Below, piece by piece: positions 17,543 through 25,731 of a stretch of 64,000 nucleotides of DNA. The first letter of the stretch is position 1; each line of letters begins with the position of its first letter. The notes below the pieces were generated by a model. That model was given only the letters and a program-made list of their open reading frames with translations, made no database searches and was not told the DNA's origin. The DNA comes from Candidatus Limnocylindrales bacterium (lineage in GTDB: Bacteria > Chloroflexota > Limnocylindria > Limnocylindrales > CSP1-4), in assembly GCA_038214255.1 (NCBI GenBank), contig JBBQRZ010000009.1, positions 25,129 to 89,128 on the forward strand, in the 5' to 3' direction. Both the position numbers and the translations under genes were made by a program.

Positions 17543-19018
17543 TCAGCCTGCCACGTCGGCATCGGGCATGGGTCGGTTCGAGGCGCGGGTGGGGCCGGCA
17601 TCCCGGCCAACCGCCCGAGGGGGTTCGGGCAGGGGGCCACGACTGCCGGCCGCGATGCGACCGGGGATCGCCAGCGCCGCCAGCGCTCCGATCGCGACGA
17701 TCACCGCGCCGACCCAGACCGCCGGGACGAGGCCGTCGACGTACGCCTGCGGGCTCGTGTAGGAGCCGCTGGCCGAGAAGACCGAGGCGAGCACCGCCAC
17801 GCCGAACACGCCGCCGATCTCGCGGATCGCGTTGTTGGCGCCCGACGCCTTGCCCTCCTCGTCGGTCCGAACGGCCGACAGGACGACATTGGCGATCGGG
17901 GCGAAGAACATGCCCATCCCGATGCCGCTGACGACGAACGCCGGAACGAGGGCCGCATAGGCTACGGTCGGGGTGCTGACCGCCGCCAGCCAGGCGAGCC
18001 CGATGGCCATGAGGGCCAGGCCCGGGACGAGGATGGGACGGGAGCCGATCCGGCCGGCGAGCACACCGGCGATCGGGGCGACCACGGCGGGCATCGCGGT
18101 CCACGGCAGGATCCGAAGGCCGGCCTCGAACGGGTTGAGCCCCTGGACGACCTGGAAGAACTGCGAGAGCAGGAAGATCGAGCCGAACATCCCGAAGTAC
18201 ATCAGGAGCGACACGGCGTTGGCTGCGGCGAAGCCGCGGTTACGGAATATGTGGAGCGGCAGCATCGGGGCGGCCGCGCGACGCTCCCAGGCGACGAACG
18301 CGACCAGCAGCACGGTGCCGATGATGAGCGCGGCCAGGATCTGGGGGTGGGTCCAGCCCCGGTCGTTGCCGTGGATGACGCCCCACACGAGACCCAGCAG
18401 GCCGGCGCTTGCCAGACCGAGACCGACGAGGTCGAGGCGACCGGCCGGCCCACGCGTCTCTTCGAGGCGGAGGAAGGCCAGCGCGACGGCCACGATGCCG
18501 ACCGGCACGTTCAGCCAGAAGATCCAATGCCAATTGACGCCCTGCGCGATGGCCCCGCCGACGAGCGGGCCGACCGCGATCGCCAAGCCGCCGACGCCAC
18601 CCCAGGCGCCGAGCGCGAGGGCCCGACGCTCCGGCGGCACGGCGGCGGACAGGATCGTCAGGGTGAGCGGCGTGACGATCGCTCCGCCGATCCCCTGGAT
18701 CGCGCGAGCCATGATCAGGACGCTGCTTGACGGTGCGAGCGCCGCGGCGGCGGAACCGGCCGTGAATACCACGAGGCCAAGGACGAACAAGCGGCGGCGC
18801 CCAAAGCGGTCACCGAGGGCCGCGCCGGTGAGAAGAAGGACGGCGAACGTCAGGGTGTAGGCATTGACCATCCACTCGAGGTCCTGGAGCGACGAGCCCA
18901 GGTCGCGTCGGATGACCGGCAGGGCGGTGGTCACGACGAGGTTGTCGAGGGCGACCATGAACAGGGCGATGGCGGTGATGGCAAACGTCCAGGCGGTCGA
19001 TGCGCGGGTGCGAGGCAT
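17543..19018 (-). CDS. MFS transporter, DHA2 (EmrB/QacA, 14-TMS) drug:H+ antiporter family
   Basis: 491 aa. N-terminal MFS motifs (LDNLVVTTALPVIRRDLG; GALGDRFGRRRLF), many hydrophobic segments and length typical of DHA2. AAAGGAG RBS. Lies downstream of a TetR gene. Confidence 0.9.
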   Translation of the reverse strand: MPRTRASTAWTFAITAIALFMVALDNLVVTTALPVIRRDLGSSLQDLEWMVNAYTLTFAVLLLTGAALGDRFGRRRLFVLGLVVFTAGSAAAALAPSSSVLIMARAIQGIGGAIVTPLTLTILSAAVPPERRALALGAWGGVGGLAIAVGPLVGGAIAQGVNWHWIFWLNVPVGIVAVALAFLRLEETRGPAGRLDLVGLGLASAGLLGLVWGVIHGNDRGWTHPQILAALIIGTVLLVAFVAWERRAAAPMLPLHIFRNRGFAAANAVSLLMYFGMFGSIFLLSQFFQVVQGLNPFEAGLRILPWTAMPAVVAPIAGVLAGRIGSRPILVPGLALMAIGLAWLAAVSTPTVAYAALVPAFVVSGIGMGMFFAPIANVVLSAVRTDEEGKASGANNAIREIGGVFGVAVLASVFSASGSYTSPQAYVDGLVPAVWVGAVIVAIGALAALAIPGRIAAGSRGPLPEPPRAVGRDAGPTRASNRPMPDADVAG

Positions 19019-19038
19019 GCTTCCGATCTCCTTTCTAG

Positions 19039-19052
19039 TTAGTGATTACTAA
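19039..19052. promoter_or_regulatory. Candidate TetR operator upstream of the MFS pump gene
   Basis: TTAGT-GATT-ACTAA has perfect 5-bp inverted arms, in the AT-rich 62-nt spacer between the tetR stop and the pump start. It shares the TTAGTGA core with the site at 19654-19677. An A8G6 homopolymer pair (19064-19077) is adjacent. Confidence 0.6.
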
Positions 19053-19080
19053 GTACGACGGCGAAAAAAAAGGGGGGCGA

Positions 19081-19647
19081 TCAGTGCTTGGCGGTGGCCC
19101 CGCCAAGGATCGCGAGCTTCAGATCGACGGCGGCGTCCAGATCGCCGATCGAGGCGGCGACGTTGAGCAGCATCCCTTCGGCGAACCAGGCATGGAGCGC
19201 CGCCTCGTCGGCGCCCGACGCTCGAGCGACGACCTCGTACAGGGCCGTCCACTCGTCGCGCACGACGGCCTGGATGTCCGGGTCCTCGCACGCCGCGTAG
19301 GCATGGAGTTGGAGTCGAAGCATGTCGCGATCGCGGAGGAGACTGATGTAGGTGAGGCCCATCGCGTGGAGGATGGCGGTGGGGTCGGCGGTCTCCTCCT
19401 GCGCGGCTCGCGCGCTCGACTCGAAGGCCGAGCGGGTGCGTGCGAAGCACGATCGCACGGCGGCCAGGAACAGATCCTTCTTCGTGTCGAAGAGCTGGAA
19501 CAGGTAGGGCTGCGACACGCCGACCCGCAGCGCGATCGACTGGGTCGAGGTGCCCGCGTAGCCGCGGACGGCGAATTCTTTGACCGCCGCCGCGATGACC
19601 TCGGCCCGTCGTTCCTCGGCCGGCAGACGGGCGGTTGCAGCGTTCAT
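19081..19647 (-). CDS. TetR/AcrR-family transcriptional regulator
   Basis: N-terminal TetR HTH (RRAEVIAAAVKEFAVRGYAGTSTQSIALRVGVSQPYLFQLFDTKKDLF). Located directly upstream of the MFS pump on the same strand. Confidence 0.9.
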   Translation of the reverse strand: MNAATARLPAEERRAEVIAAAVKEFAVRGYAGTSTQSIALRVGVSQPYLFQLFDTKKDLFLAAVRSCFARTRSAFESSARAAQEETADPTAILHAMGLTYISLLRDRDMLRLQLHAYAACEDPDIQAVVRDEWTALYEVVARASGADEAALHAWFAEGMLLNVAASIGDLDAAVDLKLAILGGATAKH

Positions 19648-19653
19648 GGGAGC

Positions 19654-19677
19654 AGCTTAGTGACTGATAAGTAAGCT
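19654..19677. promoter_or_regulatory. Candidate TetR autoregulatory operator
   Basis: AGCTTAGTGACTGATAAGTAAGCT has 6-bp perfect outer arms AGCTTA/TAAGCT and contains the TTAGTGA core. It lies 7 nt upstream of the tetR ATG. Confidence 0.55.
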
Positions 19678-19695
19678 GTCAACCGTTCCTCTGCG

Positions 19696-20139
19696 TCAGC
19701 GGGTCATCGCCGCTTCGAGTTTCTCGACCTTATCGAGCAGCGCGTTGATGGCGGTGTCCTGCGCTGCCAGGTGCGCCTGGATCTGCCCGGCCTCGTGGAA
19801 GGTCGCGTCCGCATCCTGGTAGGTCATCAGCGAACGCTGGTCGGCGGCGCGCCCCAGCACGTTCTGGCCGACCATGATCACCGAGAGCATGACCAGTTGG
19901 ATGAACGTCTGGCTGATCCACTGGACCAGTGGAAGCAGGCCCCCGGCGATCGCCTGTGGCAACACGACGAGAGCCAGCATCGCGAACGCGTAGGCACACC
20001 ACATCGTGCCGACCGCCGCGGTCAGCGCCAAGGCGATCTTGCCGTTGATGCCGACGTGCTCGTCCTTGGTGAGCGGCGGTCCCGCCTTCTTCCGCTCGGT
20101 GACCCGGGGGTGGGGCTGGGGTCTGAAGGTGATCGGCAC
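19696..20139 (-). CDS. Small two-TM membrane protein with a C-terminal coiled coil (DUF1003-like)
   Basis: GTG 20139 is preceded by GGAGG at 8 nt. Two hydrophobic helices, then IMVGQNVLGRAADQRSLMTYQDADATFHEAGQIQAHLAAQD, reminiscent of the DUF1003 SQNRQ...D...E pattern. The family call is tentative. Confidence 0.45.
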   Translation of the reverse strand: MPITFRPQPHPRVTERKKAGPPLTKDEHVGINGKIALALTAAVGTMWCAYAFAMLALVVLPQAIAGGLLPLVQWISQTFIQLVMLSVIMVGQNVLGRAADQRSLMTYQDADATFHEAGQIQAHLAAQDTAINALLDKVEKLEAAMTR

Positions 20140-20339
20140 GAGGAGGACCTCCGTTTCGTTGGAGCGCTGAGCGTATTCCGGCTGGCGCGCGGACGTGGTC
20201 CTGCTCGGGGCCAGCCCCAAGGCCGGTGGTACCATCGAGGGGTCGCAGAGGTCAGGCCCGTCCACCAACCTGAGTCCCTGTCCGGCCCCAGACCCGGGGC
20301 GCATCGGGAAGCCGTCCCGCTCAGCCCTGGAGTTCGCGC

Positions 20340-21539
20340 GTGGCCCTTGCCCCCTGGATCGCACCGGCTGTCCTGGCCGAGTACGTGCACAACTTCGGCA
20401 TCCGCCTGAACCGCCAGCTCCGGGGCCACAGGCGCCATCCCGGTGAGGCCGCGGCCATCGTCCGCGCCTGCATCGAGGCCTGCTGGAACGGCCGCACCTT
20501 CACTGCGAGTCCGGGCCATTTCGACATGTTCTGGACCCGCGATCTGTCGTTCTCGGTGCCGTCACTCATTCGGCTCGGGCACGGCGAGCGCGTTCGTGAA
20601 TCGATGGGCTATGCCCTCGAGGTTTGGGCAAAGCGCCGTCGCCACATCACGACGACCATCCACTACTTCGATCGCCCGGGCGACGTGTTCGAGTACGGGG
20701 TCGACTCGCTGCCGCTGTTCATGGCCGCGCTGCGTGCCGCCGATGCCGGCGATCTGGTCGAGCGCCATCGCGTCTGGCTCCAGGCCGAGGTCACGCATTT
20801 CTACGACATCGTCGTCGACCCGGCGACCGGGCTCGTCCGCTCGGATCGGAAGTTCAGCGCCCATCGGGACACGGTCGTCAACCGCTCGAATGCCTTCGGC
20901 AACACGATGGTCGCCCTGCTCGCGAAGACGATCGAAGAGACCGGCTGGTTCGTCTCGCCGTTCGCTCGCCACTTCGACGGTGAGTACGACCGATTGCTCC
21001 TCGAGCATTTCTGGGTCGATGACCATTTCCGCGACGCGCTCGGCGACGGGACCGTCTCGGGCGAGGCCAACATCTGGCCCTTCTACACCGGCGTCGTCAG
21101 CGACCCTGAGGTCATCGCGCCGGCCCTCGCCTACCTCGACGCGAACGGCTTCTGCGATCCCTACCCGCTGCGCTACGAAACGAGCCGGCGGCCCGAGCGC
21201 GAAGTCTGGCTGACCCGCCACATCCTGCCGGACTACCAGGGCAGCACGGTCTGGACCAGCCTCGGCGCGATGTACCTCCAGGTGCTGCGGACGGTGAACC
21301 CGTTCCTCGCCGCCGCCGAGACCGCCCGTTACGTGGCCTGGATCGAGCGCGACGGGACGTTCTGGGAGGTCATGAACGCCTTGGGCCAGAACTGGGTGAG
21401 CCCGCGCTGGATCATGATCGGCGAGGAGTCGATGCTCTGGTCGGCGATCTTCCTCGACGCCCTCGAGAACCTGGAGCTGGCGCCGGCCTATCTGTCCGAG
21501 CCCGTCCTGCCTTCGCTCGACGACGCGCTGGTCGCCTGA
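20340..21539 (+). CDS. (alpha/alpha)6 six-hairpin glycoside-hydrolase-like protein (GDE_C/GH63-like)
   Basis: 399-aa ORF with good coding character. FWTRDLSFSVPSLIRLGH, ANIWPFYTGV and MLWSAIFLDAL resemble amylo-alpha-1,6-glucosidase/GH63-type barrels. Specificity is unknown. Confidence 0.55.
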   Translation: MALAPWIAPAVLAEYVHNFGIRLNRQLRGHRRHPGEAAAIVRACIEACWNGRTFTASPGHFDMFWTRDLSFSVPSLIRLGHGERVRESMGYALEVWAKRRRHITTTIHYFDRPGDVFEYGVDSLPLFMAALRAADAGDLVERHRVWLQAEVTHFYDIVVDPATGLVRSDRKFSAHRDTVVNRSNAFGNTMVALLAKTIEETGWFVSPFARHFDGEYDRLLLEHFWVDDHFRDALGDGTVSGEANIWPFYTGVVSDPEVIAPALAYLDANGFCDPYPLRYETSRRPEREVWLTRHILPDYQGSTVWTSLGAMYLQVLRTVNPFLAAAETARYVAWIERDGTFWEVMNALGQNWVSPRWIMIGEESMLWSAIFLDALENLELAPAYLSEPVLPSLDDALVA

Positions 21540-21579
21540 CCGCCTCGGGCTGCCGCGACGCTCCCCGAACGTCGACCCA

Positions 21580-22242
21580 TCATGGCTCCGGTTTGGGGAA
21601 TTCGCGGCCTGGAACGCCATAACCTCGCAGCACGCTGTCGACGACGCGATTCGCGAAGTCGAGCGTGAGCTGCCCGCCGAACATCAGGCGGAAGTAGACG
21701 GGCCCCACGAGGAGCTCCGTGGCGACATCGACGTCGACGTCCGGCCGCAGGTCACCGCGGGCGATGCCTCGGGCGATCAGGCGCGCGATCTCGTTGCGAC
21801 GGGCCTGGACGACGGTGGCGCGGAACGGGTCGCCGAGCGTCGGGTTGACGGCGATCTGCGAGAGCAGCGCCCGGATCACGGGACCGAATGGCGTATCGGT
21901 GACCGCGCGCATCGGGTTGACGACCGCGGCGAGGAGCTCCTCGCGCGTGTCATCGCTGTCCGCGACGGCGATGTGCGGGGCGGCGAGCTCGGCGAGCAGC
22001 TCCTGGGCGAGCGCCTCCTTCGAGCCCCAGCGACGGTAGATCGTGGCCTTGCCGACGCCGGCTCGAGCGGCGACATGCTCGAGGCGAAGGTCCGCGAAGC
22101 CTTCCTCGCCCAGGAGCTCACGCGTCGCCTCCAGGATCTTCCGATGCACCTCGTCGCTCCGAGGTCTCCCCCGCCGCGCGCTGGCAGCCTCCGAGGCAGG
22201 GGGAGCCGCGGCGGGCGGTGTCAAGGCAGTTGGCTGGGTCAT
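21580..22242 (-). CDS. TetR/AcrR-family transcriptional regulator
   Basis: HTH block RKILEATRELLGEEGFADLRLEHVAARAGVGKATIYRRWGSKEAL. ATG 22242 (MTQPTAL) is preferred. Confidence 0.9.
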   Translation of the reverse strand: MTQPTALTPPAAAPPASEAASARRGRPRSDEVHRKILEATRELLGEEGFADLRLEHVAARAGVGKATIYRRWGSKEALAQELLAELAAPHIAVADSDDTREELLAAVVNPMRAVTDTPFGPVIRALLSQIAVNPTLGDPFRATVVQARRNEIARLIARGIARGDLRPDVDVDVATELLVGPVYFRLMFGGQLTLDFANRVVDSVLRGYGVPGREFPKPEP

Positions 22243-22255
22243 GCATCCATGATAC

Positions 22256-22270
22256 GATACGGGCCGTATC
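22256..22270. promoter_or_regulatory. Perfect 15-bp palindrome; candidate TetR operator in a divergent promoter region
   Basis: GATACGG-G-CCGTATC has 7-bp perfect arms. It lies in the 59-nt AT-richer spacer between the tetR start (22242) and the divergent small-ORF/DJ-1/methyltransferase operon (22302). Confidence 0.65.
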
Positions 22271-22301
22271 ACAAGCAATTATCCCGGACGGAGTCATCCA
22301 C

Positions 22302-22550
22302 ATGATCGAAAATCGCCAGATCGTCGAGACGATCGAACGCGCGAACGATGCCCAGCCCTTCTGCCCGTGCGGATCGCACACGATGCCGGTGTGGCGCGAT
22401 GGCGCCGTTTGGCTCGAATGCGCCTCGCTCACGGAGCCTCGCGAGGGTCGCCTTCAGCGAGTCCTTGCTGCCGTGACGGCACCGGCGCACGTCCACCAGC
22501 GGATCGTGGACGTTCCGCCGATCATGACGGACCTGGGCCGCGTCGCCTGA
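22302..22550 (+). CDS. Hypothetical small Cys-containing protein (82 aa)
   Basis: MIENRQIVETIERANDAQPFCPCGSHTMPVWRDGAVWLECASL. First gene of the operon divergent from the TetR gene. GGACGGAG lies ~10 nt upstream. I recognise no family. Confidence 0.5.
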   Translation: MIENRQIVETIERANDAQPFCPCGSHTMPVWRDGAVWLECASLTEPREGRLQRVLAAVTAPAHVHQRIVDVPPIMTDLGRVA

Positions 22551-22566
22551 GTCGCAGCCGCGCCGC

Positions 22567-23118
22567 ATGAGCGCCGAGCTCCCGCTCGACGGCATGCGCG
22601 CCGTCGTCCTCGTCGCCGACGGTGTCGAGGACCTCGAGTACTGGGTCACCGTGATGCGCCTGCGCGAGGCCGGCGCCCTGGTCACCTCCGTCGGCGCCTC
22701 CCTCGAGCCGGTGAAGGGCAAGAACGGCCTCGAGGCCCGGGCCGACCGATTGGCCGCCGACGTGGACGCCTCGGCCGTCGATGGCCTGGTCGTTCCGGGC
22801 GGCTGGGCACCCGACAAACTGCGCCGGTATCCAGCCATCACGGACCTCGTGCGGGCGGTCGATGGCGCGGGCAAGCCGATCGGCATCATCTGTCACGGCG
22901 GCCTCGTCGCGATCTCGGCCGGCATCGTCGAGCGCGGCCACCCCGCGACAGGTTCGCTCGGGATCCGCGACGACCTCGTCAACGCCGGGGCTCGCTTCGT
23001 TGATCAGCCCGCGTTCCGCGACAGCAACCTCGTCTGGGGCCGGATCGTCGACGACATCCCCGACTTCGAGCGGGAGCTCATCGCGCTGTTCACGGAACAC
23101 CACAGCTCACACCGCTGA
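22567..23118 (+). CDS. DJ-1/PfpI-family protein (glyoxalase III / intracellular protease-amidase type)
   Basis: Nucleophile elbow GKPIGIICHGGLVAISAG, DGLVVPGGWAPDKLR, and typical length (183 aa). Confidence 0.9.
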   Translation: MSAELPLDGMRAVVLVADGVEDLEYWVTVMRLREAGALVTSVGASLEPVKGKNGLEARADRLAADVDASAVDGLVVPGGWAPDKLRRYPAITDLVRAVDGAGKPIGIICHGGLVAISAGIVERGHPATGSLGIRDDLVNAGARFVDQPAFRDSNLVWGRIVDDIPDFERELIALFTEHHSSHR

Positions 23119-23297
23119 GCCGATCCGGCCGGAACGTGTCGCGCGGACGACGTGTCGGGACTACCCTTTCACGATTCGAACTCCCAGGCCGGCGCCCCGC
23201 AAACAGGCATAGCGAAGAACGCAGCGAGATCGCCGCGGGCTCGCCGGGCGTCGACCAGACCGTGGAAGCCATCGGGGCAATGGAGGGAAGGATCGCC

Positions 23298-24401
23298 ATG
23301 ACCACCGAAACCGTCGCCGCTGCAACCGAGAAGACCGCGGAGGAGCTAGTCGGCCGCCTGTTCGAAGCGAGCCTCGGGATGTTCGACATCATGGCCGTCT
23401 ACGTCGGCGACCGGCTTGGGTTGTACCGGGCGCTGCACGAGGGAGGGCCCGCGACCGCCGGTGACCTCGCCGCTCGCGGTCAGATCGACCCGCGATACGC
23501 CCGCGAATGGCTCGAGCAGCAGGCGGCAAGTGGGATCCTCGAGGTCGACGACGTCGCCGCGGGCGCCGAGGAGCGCCGCTATCGCCTTCCGGATGCGTAC
23601 GTCGAGCCGCTGCTGAACGTCGACAGCCCGTATTCGATCGCGCCGCTCGGCCGGTCGATCGTGGCCTGCGCGAAGGTGATGCCCCAACTCCTCGAGGCGT
23701 ACCGTACCGGAGGCGGCGTCGCCTGGTCTGACTACGGCCCCGATATGATCGAGTCGCAGGGTGACTTCAACCGCCCATGGCTCCTCGGCACCTTCGGGAG
23801 CGAGGTTCTGCCGGCGATCCCAGCCATCCACGAGCGGCTTGTCGCGGACCCGCCGGCCCGCGTCGCCGACGTCGCGTGTGGTGTCGGTTGGGCGGCCATG
23901 GCGATCGCGCGTGCGTACCCGAAGGTGCGGGTCGACGGCTTCGATCTCGATGAATCGTCGATCGAGCTGGCGCGCCAGAACGCCCGCGACGCCGGCCTGA
24001 CCGACCGGGTGACCTTCCAGGTCCGCGATGTCGCCGAGGCCGAATCCGACACCTACGACGTCGCCGTGATCATCGAGGCGCTCCATGACATGACCCAGCC
24101 GGTCGCCGTGCTGACCTCCATCCGGCGCATGCTCCGAGCCGACGGAGTCGCCTTGATCGCCGACGAGAAGACCGAAGACGCATTCACCGCGCCGGCAAGC
24201 GAGGCGGAGCGGGTCTACTACGGCTTCAGCTTGTTCACCTGCCTGCCGGCCGCGATGACCGAGCGGCCGACCGCCGCGACCGGGACCCTGATGCGCGCCG
24301 ACATGATGCAGCGGCTTGGGTCCGAGTCAGGATTCCGATCCGTCGAGCGCCTCGACAAGCCCGAGCTCGACATGCTTCGCCTGTACCGGTTGACGCCGTA
24401 G
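23298..24401 (+). CDS. Class I SAM-dependent methyltransferase with an N-terminal winged-helix dimerisation domain
   Basis: The N-terminus LGLYRALHEGGPATAGDLAARGQIDPRYAREWLEQQAASGILE is a winged-helix type. The SAM motif is VADVACGVGWAAMAIA...VDGFDLD. GGAGGGAAGG lies upstream of ATG 23298. Confidence 0.8.
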   Translation: MTTETVAAATEKTAEELVGRLFEASLGMFDIMAVYVGDRLGLYRALHEGGPATAGDLAARGQIDPRYAREWLEQQAASGILEVDDVAAGAEERRYRLPDAYVEPLLNVDSPYSIAPLGRSIVACAKVMPQLLEAYRTGGGVAWSDYGPDMIESQGDFNRPWLLGTFGSEVLPAIPAIHERLVADPPARVADVACGVGWAAMAIARAYPKVRVDGFDLDESSIELARQNARDAGLTDRVTFQVRDVAEAESDTYDVAVIIEALHDMTQPVAVLTSIRRMLRADGVALIADEKTEDAFTAPASEAERVYYGFSLFTCLPAAMTERPTAATGTLMRADMMQRLGSESGFRSVERLDKPELDMLRLYRLTP

Positions 24402-24496
24402 GGGCTGCGGCCTGGACATCCCGACCTCCGGCGAGTCAGCGTCCCTCGCCCGGAGCGCCCGCGGCCGACTGCGTCGTCGCGTTTGTCGCTTCGACT

Positions 24497-24784
24497 TCAG
24501 GCGTCCGCCTGGCTGCCATCGCGGCCACGACCCAGGTCGCCGCGGACAGCCGCCGCACCATGGTCGGTGGACCAGGCGCTGATCGCATCGGCCAGCGCAA
24601 CCGATCCGGGTCGCACCGCGAGCCGGTCGTCCAGTCCCCGGATGCCGGGGCCCAGCTCGGCGAGCTGGCCGCGATACGCGGGCTTGTCCCCGTCGGTTCG
24701 GTCGGACGTCGGATAGACATCGAAATAGCCGTCGCTGCTCACGACGATCCTGGCTTCAGGCGGAGAGAAGGGCGTTCGAGCCAT
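24497..24784 (-). CDS. Hypothetical protein (95 aa)
   Basis: MARTPFSPPEARIVVSSDGYFDVYPTSDRTDGDKPAYRGQLAELGPG... has strong GC3 coding bias. Lies downstream of the PAS-like gene on the same strand. No family recognised. Confidence 0.4.
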   Translation of the reverse strand: MARTPFSPPEARIVVSSDGYFDVYPTSDRTDGDKPAYRGQLAELGPGIRGLDDRLAVRPGSVALADAISAWSTDHGAAAVRGDLGRGRDGSQADA

Positions 24785-24879
24785 GGTGTGGAGTCCGATC
24801 CATCGCGCGCTTCGGACCGGCCGAATGGGAGCCCGGCGCCTGCGATGTGTCCCCACCATCGGGGCCCGGCGTCATTCCG

Positions 24880-25416
24880 TCAACTGAGGCTGCGAGGGCT
24901 CGCGGCGAACGCGTGCGGTGGCTCTCGCGAGAGAACGCCCTTCGGGGCGCCCGCTTCGCCGAGCTGATGATCCGCTGCCACCACGACGAGGTGCGACACG
25001 AAGAATCCCGGCAGCGGTACGTCGGCGAGTGCCCGGAATCGGACTCGCACGACTCCGCCCGCCGCACCGAGGACGTCATATTCGCCTTCCATCGACCGTT
25101 GGCTCGTGAACGCACTCCACGCCGACTGGAGCTCGTCAGCCGGCTGGGGGCTCACGTCGTCAATGCAGAGCCCGACGGGGTCGCGACCGAATAGGGACAT
25201 CGCGTTGTCGGTGGCGGCCACGTATCGCCGGTTGGCGTCGACGATGAGGACGATCTCCTCGGGCCCGTCCCCGGACGATGCCGCCTGGTATGCCAACCAT
25301 GCACCGACGACCTCCAGGGTCAACGCCGAGCGGTCGGACGTGCCGCCCGTCGACGCGTTGAGGCGTCGTTCCGCGGCGCGCCAGCGGCCGAGGATCGATG
25401 CAACGTCCTTGGACAT
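24880..25416 (-). CDS. Stand-alone PAS-fold protein
   Basis: The core IVLIVDANRRYVAATDNAMSLFGRDPVGLCIDDV...SMEGEYDVLGAAGGVVRVRFRALADV is PAS-like. There is no output domain. Confidence 0.55.
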   Translation of the reverse strand: MSKDVASILGRWRAAERRLNASTGGTSDRSALTLEVVGAWLAYQAASSGDGPEEIVLIVDANRRYVAATDNAMSLFGRDPVGLCIDDVSPQPADELQSAWSAFTSQRSMEGEYDVLGAAGGVVRVRFRALADVPLPGFFVSHLVVVAADHQLGEAGAPKGVLSREPPHAFAASPRSLS

Positions 25417-25731
25417 CGACGTGCCTCCAGGCCTGGGATCGCGACCGGCGTCCCGACCGGCTTCCCCCTGCCGACCGAGACGCCCCTCTGACGGTCAGTA
25501 TCCGGCACGGCTCTTGGGCGACCCCCCTGCGACAAAGCGTCCTCCATCGGTGCGAAGTACGCAAGCACTGATTTGTGGCAATCAAGAGCCGCGTCGTCGA
25601 GTCGAGCCGGACTTGACCACCACATTGCGGGTTAACTTGGCACGGCGCGTTCGTTTTGGGTGGTAGTGTGGCCTCGGGCACAACCGGAACCCCAGCGTGG
25701 CGGGAGAATTAAAGCTCCGGCCGAAGGACAA

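Noticed and set aside
19085-19105. Inverted repeat CTTGGCGG-N5-CCGCCAAG at the 3' end of tetR as an intrinsic terminator with the downstream U8 tract
   Set aside because: The hairpin is separated from the U-tract by ~15 nt including the stop codon and a C6 run. It therefore does not fit the canonical hairpin-immediately-followed-by-U geometry.
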